Notes: generated by a model from the sequence alone, not told the origin. A stretch of DNA of 64,000 nucleotides from Octopus vulgaris (GCA_951406725.2 OX597830.1:73966001-74030000), one strand, 5' to 3'. Positions 41,386 through 54,832 are shown, numbered from the stretch's first letter. Numbers and translations: made by a program.

Positions 41386-42068
41386 ATAAAATTATGTTCC
41401 ACGCTACGAGGATTGTAACTTCATCTGTTGAAAGAAATTCAAGAATATTGCAGAAATAAATTAAGTGACCTAGTCTTTGGCAACTCTATAATGCTTAAAA
41501 TGCAAATAATTCAACTTCTGAAATCGTAATCGTCTGACTAAAGAGATCTTCGCTGTTTCTTTTTTTAATTTTTTTTATTTATATTCTATCTATTTCGTTT
41601 TCAAATTCCTGTTACGCATTAACTCCAAAACTAATTAGAAATTAATATGGGATGAAGAAGCGTAAGTTATTAGTCACTGGTTATTATTTATTCTTTAAAG
41701 TTATTTCCTTAAGTAAGGGAGATAAACTTGCATGTTTTGGCCGTATTAAACATCATCAGTAAAGCATACACTTCCTCATAGCTGCTGAAGCTGTGATAAG
41801 TGAATCAAAGACTAAATGTTGAATGTTTTTTCTTCCTAGTAGCTTCTTTAGAGAAAGTAGTACTGCATCTATGACCCCTTTCAAGAAAATTAATTCAGGT
41901 AGGATAAGGGAGCAAGTAATGCGGGAGTTCGCGCCTAAAATCTGTTCGCATCTAGATTCTTCTGTGCTGATCTCTTGATAAAACAACTTACATGTTGTGG
42001 CTAACATTCGTTTTGTCAAATTACAACCATTGTGCTAAAACATTTTTGCGTGTGCATATGTGTATGTA

Positions 42069-42317
42069 GAGGCGCGTGGCTTAGTGGTTAGGATGTCAGC
42101 GTCATGATCGTAAGATTATTTTTTCTATTCCTGGACCGGGCGACCTATTGTTTTCTCGAGCAAAACACTTCATTTCACGTTGTTCGAGTTCACTCAGCTG
42201 GCAAAAATGAGTAACACTGTGATGGACTGGTGTCCCATCCAGCTGGAGAACACATACGCCATAGAAACCGGGAAACCGGGGCCCATGAGCCTGGCTAGGC
42301 TTTAAAAGGGCGCATTT
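42069..42317 (+). mobile_element. tRNA-derived SINE, family D head with GATGGACTGG-type tail
   Basis: GGCGCGTGGCTTAGTGGTTAGG head; GAGCAA.ACACTT.ATTTCACGTTG core. Confidence 0.85.
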
Positions 42318-42360
42318 ATTAATTTTTTTATATTTGTGTATATGTGTTTGCATGTGTGTT

Positions 42361-42415
<55 letters not shown>

Positions 42416-43761
42416 GTGGGGGAGGGGAGAGACAGAGGGACAGAGATGGAGAGAGATATAGAGAGTGAAGGAAAGAGAAAGAGAGAATGTCGCATATAAT
42501 GGATCAGCATCCCGCTCAGGTATCTTTTAGTACCATTCATAATCCGGGATACAATTTCGGAAGAGTGTGACATCATGACTCGATGTAAACACTTTTTTCT
42601 TGCTCCTTTCTACGTCTTATTTTCAAATACATACATACATACATACATACATACATACATACATACATACATACATACATACATACATACCTGCAAGCCA
42701 ACCAGCCAACCAGCCAGCAGCCAGCCAGCCAGCAGCCAACCAGCTAGCCTGTCAGCCATACGTACATACATACACACATACGTACATAAATATACATACA
42801 TACACATATATACATACATACATACATACATACATGCATGCATACACATCCATACTTCCATACAAACATACATACATACATACTTACATACATACATACT
42901 TGCATACATACATATACACACATATACATAGATACGTATATTCATGCATACATGCAAACACACAAGCATGCATACATACATACATGCATGCATACATACA
43001 CACGCACATATACATAGTTACGTAGATACAGCATACACATACATGCATACATAGATACATACGTACATACATACATACGTACATACATACATACATACAT
43101 GCATACATACATACATATACACACATATACATAGATACGTATATTCATGCATACATGCAAAGACACATACATACATACATACATACATGCATGCATACAT
43201 ATACACACACATATACATAGATACGTAGATACAGCATACACATACATAGATATGCATACATAGATACATACGTACATACATACATACATACATACATACA
43301 TACATACATACATACATACATACATACATACATACATAGATACATACATACATACATACATACATGTGTTTTCGAATTCATTTTCAGGCCTGATCTGGAA
43401 ATTAGAAAATCGCCAAAAAAATGTTATTTCAATTAATTATAGATTACAATTAACATTAGTTTTAATTTAGGCCCGATGCCACATAGTTTGGTAGCAGGAA
43501 CTTATGGGTTGTATCGACTGTAGTACTTCGCTGGTATTCATATTATAAGCCTCGTTTCCCCGAGTTGGATGGAGGGCGAAATTTTGCCAGTGTAGATTGT
43601 GCTCTGAAAAGGAAACAGAATGAAATAAGAGGTAAATAACTATAACAAAGAACAAAAAATAACATTAATACCACCACCACCACCATCACCACCACCACCA
43701 CCATCATCATCATCATCGTCGTCGTCGTCGTCATCATCATCACCATCATCATCACCACCAC

Positions 43762-43805
<44 letters not shown>

Positions 43806-44009
43806 ATCATCATCATCATCATCATCATATTTATCATCATCATCAACAACAACAACAACACCAACAACAACAACAACAATTAAACAACAGAAGAGCAGAA
43901 AACAACAAGGGTAATAACAAAGATTTCTTTTATTGGCCACGAGCGCTTAAGACATGGACATGGAGAGTAATATCAAAAGTGGCGAAGTTTACAACGATTA
44001 GAAGAAGAT

Positions 44010-44074
<65 letters not shown>

Positions 44075-44078
<4 letters not shown>

Positions 44079-45010
44079 TCTTTATTGCCCACAAGGGGCT
44101 AAACATGGAGGGACAAACAAGGACAGACAAAAGGACTAAGTTGATTACATCCACCCCAGTGCGTAACTGGTACTTATTTAATCGACACCGAAAGGATGAA
44201 AGGCAAAGTCGACCTCGGCGGAATTTGAACTCAGAACGTAACGGCAGACGAAATTCCACTAAGAATTTCGCCCGGCGTGCTAACGATTCTGCCTTTTCTA
44301 TTATGATAATATTTTCTATTATATGCACAAGGCCTGAAATTTTGGGGAAGGGGATAATCAAGTACATCGACTCCGGTACTCAACTGGTACTTTAATGACA
44401 CCGAAAGGACGAAAGGCAAAGTTGACCTCGTCGGTATTTGAATTTAGAGCGTAAAGTGCCGGATGAAATAGCACTAAGCAGTTTGATCGGCGCAGTAAAT
44501 GATTCTGCTAGCTCGCCACCTTACAAACTAATTAATAATTGCTCATTTTGGCACAAAGCCAGCAATTTCAGTGGGATGTGGCAAGTCTATTGCAGCGAAC
44601 CCAATATTTAATTGTTACCTTATTTCATCGACCACTGATGGATGAAAGTTGAACTTAACCTAAGGTGAATTTGAACTCAGAATCTCTAGAGGGGCCGCGT
44701 TGCATTTTTGCCAGAAGCTCTAATGATTCTACTTTCTCGCCTCCTTGAATAATAAAAAATATAACTGTTTATTTTTTATTTTGGCAGAATGTCAGCAATT
44801 TTTGGGGAAGGTGCAAGTCGATTTCATTGACTCCAGAAGTTGGCTCTTACTCTTTTATCGACCGCCAGTAATTTATTGTCACTATTTTATTGACCCTGGA
44901 TGCACGAAAATCAAAGTTGATCTCGGGCGTATTTGAACTCAGAACATAAAAATTCAGAAGAAATTCTCCTTAGCATTTTTGTCCGATGTTCTAACGATTC
45001 AACCATTTCG
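44075..45010 (-). mobile_element. Head-to-tail array of four SINE-B copies of increasing divergence
   Basis: TTTGAACTCAGAA-type B-box at about 44225, 44440, 44672 and 44935. Confidence 0.82.
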
Positions 45011-45755
45011 ATTTAATGGTTAAATAATTAAGATCATTACTGTTAAAATAAATGTTTTATGACACCGCAGATATTATCTGACGAATGAAGAATTTTAATA
45101 GCTATTTTATAACCCTAGCAGTTCGGTTGTCTGTGTCGAGATGTTTACAGTCTCTGAAATTCTAATACGGCAATAACTACATTATATTTGTTTCTTTTAT
45201 TTTTATTTTTTCTTAGTTTATTTTGTTAACCTTTTTATTCGCTGCAATAAATTATGTAAATTTAAAAAAGGAGAATTTTAATATTTATCATAACATTTGA
45301 GGTTATTCCATTGTTTATATTTCTTCAATGTATGTTTCCATGAGTCTGTATTAATTACATCGTAATCCAGATATACCATTATTATTTATCCGTTCTTTAA
45401 CTATTTTAAAGAAAACGACAAAAAAAAAAATTGAACTCCTCCCACCAGAAGCATAGAAACATAAGTACAATAACATGCAAACTCACACTCACACAAGCAA
45501 AGAAACAAGCGCACACATACATGCAGATATGTTCACATATTTTAATTTCAAGCATATCCCTATCACAACTCAATGTTTGTTTTGATTGTTTTTGTTTTTG
45601 TCAATGTCCTCAAAACGCGACCTTAACGTGATGGTAATAAGAAACTGCAAGTAGCAATGAGTAAAGTCTTATCCGATAATAAATAAGCACGAAATATATG
45701 CATATGGGAACTAAACATGCACAGACATAGACAAACACATAACCACATAAAAATA

Positions 45756-45877
<122 letters not shown>

Positions 45878-45887
45878 CATAAAAATA

Positions 45888-45924
<37 letters not shown>

Positions 45925-46149
45925 GGGATATGTTTATGTGTTTGTGTCTGTGCATGTTACATATACATATATATTACATAATATAATTTACACATACACG
46001 CACACTTCCACACCTACACACATATATATGCATATGTATGCGCCTGTAATATATGTATGCATATGTATATACACTCACACAAGCACACACACACACACAC
46101 ACACACACACTCATGCACACATACATTCAAACAGACAAACACAGATCAA

Positions 46150-46357
46150 AAAGTTCCTGTTTCGAGCTATAAGCTCATGTGACTTGTTTCCCGGATTCTT
46201 TGGCATATAAAGTCCCCCATCTTGACAGGATGCCGGTCCGTTTCAAGATTGCACATTTTTACCATTTCAGTGGATTAGATCAACATGAAATGAAGTGTTC
46301 TGCTCAAGAACACAACCCGTCACCCGGTTCAGGAATCGAAATCACAAATTTACGATA
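46150..46357 (-). mobile_element. Degraded SINE-D
   Basis: ATGAAATGAAGTGTT..GCTCAAGAACACAAC...CAGGAATCGAA. Confidence 0.7.
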
Positions 46358-46373
46358 GATCGATCGATATCTG

Positions 46374-46471
<98 letters not shown>

Positions 46472-46532
46472 GATAGATACACAGAAGGACAGACAGCTAG
46501 ATAGATAGATATAGATATAGATAGATAGATAT

Positions 46533-46576
<44 letters not shown>

Positions 46577-46646
46577 ATAGACAGACAGTCAGAGAGACAG
46601 ACAGATAGATAGATAGACAATCAGATAGATACACAAACAGACAGGC

Positions 46647-46709
<63 letters not shown>

Positions 46710-46810
46710 CCGACAGACAGACAGATAGCCCAGACAGACAGACAAACAGATAGACAGAAGACAGATAGCCGGACATAGAGAAAGACGGACGAACAGACAG
46801 ACAGACAGAC

Positions 46811-46885
<75 letters not shown>

Positions 46886-47337
46886 CAGACAGACATTGAG
46901 AAAGATAGAGTGTGTGTGTATATGTGTGTGAGAGAAAGAGGAGGAGTGAGAGAGAGAATGAAAGACAAGAGAGTGATGTTTATATAGATATATGATATCT
47001 GCCTATGTGTCTATGCTTGTGTGTTATGCAGAAATGTGAGTCACTAATTTCAGCAACTGCATTTATATCTTTCCTATTGGCGGGAAAATTTGTTACGCGT
47101 ACCAGTGTAGATACAGCTTGCTGCTACTTACTTCGTTGCTGCTTTGCAGTTGAAACGTTAATTAACTTAATATTGTTACGTTAACTAAGGCTGCTTGTCC
47201 ACATTTCTTACTCGAAAAGATCAAAGCTTTCAATGATCTTGTTTTTAATAATACTTTATAATTTATTACAACAACAATAGTAGTGATAGTAGCATTGATA
47301 TGTTTCTTCATAGTGTACATTCCCAAAATGTTCCTTA

Positions 47338-47435
47338 TGTAGAAGACACTTGCCCAAGGTGCCACGCAGTTGGAATGAACCCGGAACCATGTGGTTGGTA
47401 AGCAAGCTACTTACCACACAGCCACTCTTGCGCCT
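47338..47435 (-). mobile_element. SINE-A head fragment
   Basis: AGAAGACACTTGCCCAAGGTGCCACGCAGT...GCCACTCTTGCGCCT. Confidence 0.85.
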
Positions 47436-47449
47436 TTATACTTCTTTAT

Positions 47450-47871
47450 ACTATGAACACAAGGCCTGAGAGTATGTGGAAGGGGTCGACCCCAAAAGGG
47501 ATACAAGACCATGAATTTCGGAGGAGAGGTAAATCAATTACACCAACCCCTGTACTCAGTTGGTACTTATTTTATTGACCCCGAAAGGATGGTAAGCACA
47601 CCTGACCTCGGTGGAATTTGAACTTAGATTGTAAACATGAATGAATTACTGCTCAGCATTTTGTCCAGCGTGCTAGAGGCAGAAGGCCTGAAATTTTTTT
47701 TGGGGGGAGGGGTTAAGTCAATTACATCGGCAGCAGTACTCAACTGGTACTTAATTCATCGACCCCGAAAGGATGAAAGACAAAGCTGACTTCAGCGGCA
47801 TTTGAACTCAGAACGAGAAGACGGGAAGAAATGCCGCTAAGCATTTTGTCCGGCGTGCTAACGATCCTGCC

Positions 47872-47873
<2 letters not shown>
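47450..47873 (-). mobile_element. Two tandem SINE-B copies
   Basis: GGTACTTA...GACCCCGAAAGGATG core occurs twice. Confidence 0.8.
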
Positions 47874-47928
<55 letters not shown>

Positions 47929-48013
47929 AGAGGTGGTAGAGTAGTAATAGTAGTGGTGGTGGTGGTGGTGGTGGTGGTGGTAGTAGTAGTAGTATTAGTA
48001 GTAGTGGTGGTGA

Positions 48014-48057
<44 letters not shown>

Positions 48058-48457
48058 AGTAAAGAAGAAGAACAACGGCGACGACGACGATAACAACAAC
48101 AACAACAGCAACACAAACAACAATGAAAGTAATAACTTCATAAATAATTAATACAATAATTGCTTAGGTGATTATTGGAAATAAGGATAAATGACTAACC
48201 CCGGGCTACAGCGAGAATGAAATTGTGCATTTGAACATAAAATGGGCCTTAATTAATATATAATTAACGTTAGTGTATTTAAAGTGTTTTAACATGAAAT
48301 GGACGTTAATTGATATGCTATTAATGTTAGCGTATTTATCTAATCATTAACTGGTTAATTGTGCGTTTTATATTTTTAATTATTTGGTTTAAATTAACTT
48401 GCGGGCAAAACATTAACCTGACTTTTATGTGTATATGTGTATGCGTATTAACATGAA

Positions 48458-48794
48458 GGCGCGTGGCTCAGTGGTTAGAGCGTCGAGCTTACGATCGTGA
48501 GGTTGTGAGCTCGAATCCCGGACCGGTCTGCGTGTTGTGTTCTTGAGCAAGACACTTTATTTCACGTTGCTCCAGTTCACTCAGCTGTAGAAATGAGTTG
48601 CGACGTCACAGGTGCCAAGCTGTATCGGCCCCTTTGCCTTTCCCTTGGACAACATCGGTGACGTGGAGAGGGGAAGCCGGTATGCATGGGCGACTGCTGG
48701 TCTTCCATAAAACAACCTTGCCCAGACTTGTGCCTCAGAGGGTAACTCTCTAGGTGCAAACCCATGGTCAGTGTCTGACCGAAGGGGGGGTCAC
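48458..48794 (+). mobile_element. SINE-D, full length with 11-bp TSD
   Basis: Good A/B boxes (GTGGCTCAGTGGTTAGAGC; GAGCTCGAATCCC). TSD ATTAACATGAA at 48447-48457 and 48795-48805. Confidence 0.92.
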
Positions 48795-48871
48795 ATTAAC
48801 ATGAATATGAATATATATATATATATATGGCCACAGCTCATAAGCTGAAACTAGAATCAATCAATCAATCA

Positions 48872-48904
<33 letters not shown>

Positions 48905-48907
<3 letters not shown>

Positions 48908-49082
48908 AGTATCTACGAGATACCAGCATGCTGAAAATAGCAGCCATGATCTTACTCTAAAACTATATTCAGCATGGTGGTATCTCAATTATTACCTTTG
49001 AAGGTTATTTTTTTCCATGCTGACCACTTGATAAAATCGTTATTTTATTTTTAAATTAACGATGTTATCCTTATTTATATAA
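48905..49082 (-). mobile_element. Internally deleted copy of the 40187 fold-back element
   Basis: Close match to 40205-40260 and 40395-40487, with most of the hairpin lost. Confidence 0.85.
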
Positions 49083-49139
<57 letters not shown>

Positions 49140-49174
49140 TGCAGCGTGGGAGGTGTTTATAATATGTATAATTT

Positions 49175-49537
49175 CTTTTACTTTTCTTTTCTTGTTTCAG
49201 TCATTTGACTGCGGCCACGCTAGAGCACCACCTCGAAGGGTTTTATTATTCGAACAAACTGCCGTCAGGACTTGTTTCGGCTTAGTTCCTAGTACTTAGT
49301 ACTTAATACTTAGTCTATCGGTCTCTTTCGTTAAACAAGTAAATTACGGGGACAGAAACACACCAACACCGTCAAACTGTAATGGTGGGGACAAACTCAG
49401 ACATACACACATAGGCTTGGGTCGGCCTGAAGCTATAGTAGAAGACACTTGGCAAAATTGCCACATAGTGAGACTGAACTCGGAGCCAAGTAGTTGGAAA
49501 GCAAGTTTCTAACCACACAGCAACGCCTGCGCGCGCG

Positions 49538-49585
<48 letters not shown>

Positions 49586-49769
49586 CTTACGTACATACAC
49601 TCACACACACACACATACACACACACACACACATAGGGGCACGCGTTGGTGTGTGGTAAGAAGCTTGCTCCCCAGGTTCAGTCCCCATGGGCAAGTGTCT
49701 TCTATTATAGCCTCGGGCCGACCAAGGCCTTGTAAATAGATTTGGTAGACGGAAACTGAAAGACGCCAG

Positions 49770-49817
<48 letters not shown>

Positions 49818-50470
49818 GTATATATATATAAGTATGTATGTATGTATGTATGTATGTATGTATGTGTGACTGGTGTGTTGAATCCCCTGTATTTTAGCGG
49901 GTCTGTAAAAGTTATCGATGGAATGAGTACTAGACTTATAAGTCCTGGGGTCGATTTGTTCGACTAAAAGCGATGCCCCAGCACGGCCGCAGTCAAATAC
50001 CTGAAACAAATAAAAGAATAAAAGAAGAAAATATCTACAGTTGGGTAGACAAACGAAACAAAAGAAGCACACAACTCTTTTTGTAAGAGTTATATTATTA
50101 TTTCAAACAGTGTAAATCGGTTTTGTTGGACTTAAAGTTTTGCAGGTCCCTTTACCGAAACCGAGCTTCTTCAGGTTTAGTTATCGCAATATAAATATGT
50201 ATGTATGTATGTGTGTGTGCATGTGTGTGTGTGTGTGTGCGCGCGCTCTGGTGTCTCTCAGCCTTTGTATTTGTCCCAGACTTTGCTTGACATCTTGTGT
50301 TGGTTTGTTGACGTTCCCGCACACAAGCAGTTCGGCCAATCGCCACCGATAGAACAAGTGTCAAACTTAACCAAAATAAGTCCTCGGGTTGATTCGTTCG
50401 ACTAAACCCTTCAAGTCAGTGCCCCAGCATGGCCGCAGTCCAATGACTGAAACAAGTAAAGGACAAAAGA
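49175..50470. mobile_element. Three SINE-A copies: 49175-49532 (-), 49635-50025 (+), 50250-50470 (+, 3' half)
   Basis: Homology to 272-704; the first two are head-to-head inverted. Confidence 0.8.
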
Positions 50471-51187
50471 CTCACACATATGTATACACACACACACACA
50501 CAGACACATAGATATGCTTGTATATTCATAAAGAGAGAAAGCGAGAGAGAGAGAAAGAGTGGTGGGGGAGGAGAATGGAGATAAAACGGAAGGGTAGGAG
50601 GCAGAGGATGAAAAAGTGAGGCGTGAATTGTGAGCAGTTTTACATAATTGACCTAAAAATATTATTAATATTTTCCACATTAACAAACAGTCCTATACAC
50701 GTACACATCACAACGGTTACATAGTAATAAAAAAACACTCTCACGAACATGAGAAAACTTTTCATTACGTGTTTTAAGGTATAATTATTTTAATATTTTC
50801 GATTGTGATCTTCTGAAAAACTACTCGGAGTTACATGTTACTGATGCTTGGTCAGACAGGGTAGGCGGCACATTGGTTACATACTCAGTATGTGTGCCTT
50901 TGTGAATACGTAACTTTGCCTCCCAGATGTTGCGCCCCATAGGGCGTATAGATGTCACATGGTCTTTTAAAATGTAATTTTAAGCACTAGGAATTACATA
51001 TTGATTTTTACGGCTTGAAAAAACATTTTATGCATAAGTTTTCATTTATGCATAATATGATTAATATAGCAAAGGTAAGCATTTGCTTTCTCACTTTCTC
51101 TTTCTCGGCCTGTGTGTATGTGTGTATGTGTGTGTGAATGTTTGCGTGTGAACGTGCACGTATAAGGTATGTGTGCGTCTGTCTGTA

Positions 51188-51258
<71 letters not shown>

Positions 51259-51303
51259 ATATATATATATATATTTATATATAACAGTGCAATACATTTA
51301 TGT

Positions 51304-51351
<48 letters not shown>

Positions 51352-51353
<2 letters not shown>

Positions 51354-51457
51354 ACGGGAAGCTTTATGAAAATAAACAAAAGACGAAGGCAGGTGGAAAA
51401 CAAACGAACAATTGTATTAGTATGGCGCTCAGGAAATATAAATAAAACAAGTCTTTA
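51352..51457 (-). mobile_element. ~106-bp (TA)n-targeted insert flanked by an inverted duplication
   Basis: Identical to 12509-12614; flanks 51257-51310 and 51464-51517 are exact reverse complements. Confidence 0.88.
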
Positions 51458-51515
51458 TATATATATGTATACATAAATGTATTGCACTGTTATATATAAA
51501 TATATATATATATAT

Positions 51516-51553
<38 letters not shown>

Positions 51554-51756
51554 TATTAAACCGTTCACCAGACAGTTGTTGATAATTCAGATTAATTAAT
51601 ACAACTTTCTGATGAACAGTTAAGTGAAGCTCAGAAAATTAGTCTCAGAGTTTGTAAAGTTCTATTCGGACCTAACGAAATAGTATTCTTTATCCACCTT
51701 GTTTTGCTTTTATATTCTCACGTGTTTGTGTGTGTGTGTGTGTGTGTGTGTTTGCA

Positions 51757-51848
<92 letters not shown>

Positions 51849-51987
51849 CACACACATATACATATATATACCTATATATACCTATATATATATATACACA
51901 CACACATATACATATATTTACCTATATATATTATACTTTTGTACATATATGTATACATCTGAATGTATGCTTATCTATATGTGTATA

Positions 51988-52046
<59 letters not shown>

Positions 52047-52504
52047 CGTATTTATTTATATATGTATGTGTTTACACTATATCTGCACACGCACACACAT
52101 ATACGTAAATTTATATTTTTATATCTATATTGCTGACGTCACAAAAATTTATAAACTTTGTTGAGAAAATGTAATAATTCTATTTCGGATTGGATCTCGA
52201 AGTACATATAACGCTATAAATAATGACCTTCGACATTTTCTATGCAAAAATCAATTTTTTAACTCAGAATTTTACATGCTATTATTTATAGCATGATATG
52301 TACTTCAAATACAATTCAAACACACACACACGCTCACACATACACACACACATGCTCACACACACACACGCACACACACGCACACACACACACACAAACG
52401 TTGAAAATTCGTAACATTATTTATAGTGGTTTCCATGCAAAGCGATTTTAGAAAGTTCATCTTAAATGCAATATAAGGTAAATAAATAAATAAATAAATA
52501 AATA

Positions 52505-52576
<72 letters not shown>

Positions 52577-52711
52577 AGGAAATATGTAATATTAGGAAAT
52601 ATAAAACTCTGCTGTAAACACAAAGAATGAAATTTTTGATATTCTTTAAATCTCATACGTGGGTAGTCCTTAATATCACATGACTAGTTTCATATCCTTA
52701 ATATTAAACCT

Positions 52712-52966
52712 TTATTCTTTTATTCTTTTACTTGTTTCAGTAATTTGACTGTGGCCATGCTGGAGCACCGCCTTTAGTCGAAGAAATCTACCCCAGGACT
52801 TATTCTTTGCAAGTTTAAGTCTAGTTACGGGGGGGGACGTAAAGACACCAATATCGGTTGTCAAGCGATGGTGGGGAGGACAAGGAGAGACGCACAAGTT
52901 TCCGTCTACAAAAGCCCCTCACAAGGCTTTGGTCGGCCCGAGGCTATACTAGAAGACATTTGCCCA
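52712..52966 (-). mobile_element. SINE-A, 5'-truncated or deleted
   Basis: TTTTACTTGTTTCAGT.ATTTGACTG.GGCCATGCTGGAGCACCGCC... Confidence 0.85.
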
Positions 52967-53018
52967 GTTAAACGAAACATTTCACGTCTCATACGCTAGC
53001 TTTTGTTTACTTGCCTTC

Positions 53019-53645
53019 TAAGGCGGCGAGCTGGCAGAATCGTTAGCACGCCGGGCGAAATATTTGCGGTATTTCGTCTGCCGCTACGTTCTGAGTTCAA
53101 ATTCCACCGAGTTCGATTTTGCCTTTCATCCTTTCGGGGTCGATTAAATAAGTACCGGTTACGCACTGGGGTCGATATAATCGACTTAAACCGTTTGTCT
53201 GTCCTTGTTTGTCCTCTCTATGTTTAGCCCTTTGTGGGTAGTAATGAAATAGAAATAGGTATTTCGTCTGCTGCTACGTTCTGAGTTCAAATTCCGCCCA
53301 GGTCGACTTTGCCTTTCATCCTTTCAAGATCGATTAAATAAGTACCAGTTACGCACTGGGGTTTATGTAATCGACTTCGTCCCTTTGTCTGTCCTTGTTT
53401 GTTCTCTCTGTTTAGCCCCTTGTGGGTAGTAAAGAAATAGTTATTTCGTCTCTCTTTATGTTCTGAGTTCAAATACTGCCGAGATTGACTTTACCTTTCA
53501 TCATTTCGGGGTCGATAAATTAAGTACCAGTTGCGTATTGTGGTCGATCTAATTGACAGTTCTCCTCCCCCAAAATTTCGGGGTCGATAAATTAAGTACT
53601 AGTTCCGTACTAGTACTACAAATTTCGGGCCTTGGAGTATGTAGT
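53019..53645 (+). mobile_element. SINE-B trimer (one full copy plus two headless tandem repeats)
   Basis: Unit restarts at TATTTCGTCT...TTCTGAGTTCAAAT near 53260 and 53442. Confidence 0.88.
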
Positions 53646-53928
53646 AGATATATATATATATATGAGTGTGTTAGCTGCGATAGACTAGCGACCTACACAA
53701 AGGAAGACATTTTATCTGTCATCATATCCATGCCGGATAATATTGGACAGTGAACAGTTCATACAATAAGAGCTGGATCAACTAAGAATCTTTAAACATT
53801 TAGAAGTCTCCTGTGAATACGAACGTAGACAATAAGTAACGTTAGGAACAACCCACAAAAAAAAATAATAATGATAAATAAAAGGAAAATAATGACAGAG
53901 AAGGTAACTTTAAATTCGTGCTTAAATA

Positions 53929-54069
53929 TTAGGTTGTCCCAAAAGTTCGTAAACACTTGCGAAAATTGAATTTTTACTCGCCAAGTACTAACAAAAACAA
54001 CAAAAATTATTCCTCAAAATAAAGACCATTATTTTCCAAGACTTTCTACGAACTTTTGGGACAACCTTA
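53929..54069. mobile_element. 141-bp mariner-type MITE with TA TSD
   Basis: TIR T(T/A)AGGTTGTCCCAAAAGTTCGTA at both ends; TA on both flanks. Confidence 0.88.
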
Positions 54070-54491
54070 TAGTTTGTATTGCAACCACATAGTTCTCGGT
54101 TCGATCTCCCTTCGTGGACCCTAAAATAAGTGGCTGCTCTCGTTGTAGTCTCTCGGTAGCGCGTAAAATTTAGCTTTTGTTGTGGTGTAGCACAAATTCA
54201 ATCCTGGTCTAGCACAGTTATTTTGAAAGGAATTCCAACAATGACTACTTCGACGATGACTAAACCCAACAATTACTATCCCAGATATTGCGAGGTTTTA
54301 GGAGGTTATCTACGGGTGCACTCTATAGCGTGGTGATGCCTTAAAACCTGTCTGAGAAAATTTCAAAGAAATTTCGTTATTTCTTGTTAACTGAGCGATT
54401 ATGTAAAAGCTTGCGAGACATGAACTTGAGTAGAAGAGTGCACACTCTCTCTCCCTCTCATTTTCTGTCTCCCTCTCCCTCTACTTTCTCT

Positions 54492-54533
<42 letters not shown>

Positions 54534-54688
54534 ACATACTCACACACACCACACACATATATACAGACACACATAGATATATGTATATATGCATAGTGTG
54601 TGTGAGTGTTTATGCATATATATATATGTAGTCACTTTTTTATACCTATATATATGTGTGTATGTGTGTGTGTATTTACATGTATATA

Positions 54689-54736
<48 letters not shown>

Positions 54737-54801
54737 TAGATAGATAGATACCGATATGTGTATATATATATACCTATATGTGTATTTAGACGTATATATA
54801 T

Positions 54802-54832
<31 letters not shown>

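Noticed and set aside
41756-42019. 87-aa non-repetitive ORF
   Set aside because: It overlaps the inverted repeat shared with 40770-40868, has a non-ATG start and shows no recognisable motif.
48458-48530. tRNA gene
   Set aside because: A/B boxes are present, but the sequence continues into a SINE body with a TSD and has no convincing acceptor stem or terminator.
53019-53645. CRISPR-like or satellite array
   Set aside because: The units are ~180-240-bp SINE-B copies with no short repeat/unique spacer pattern, and the context is eukaryotic.
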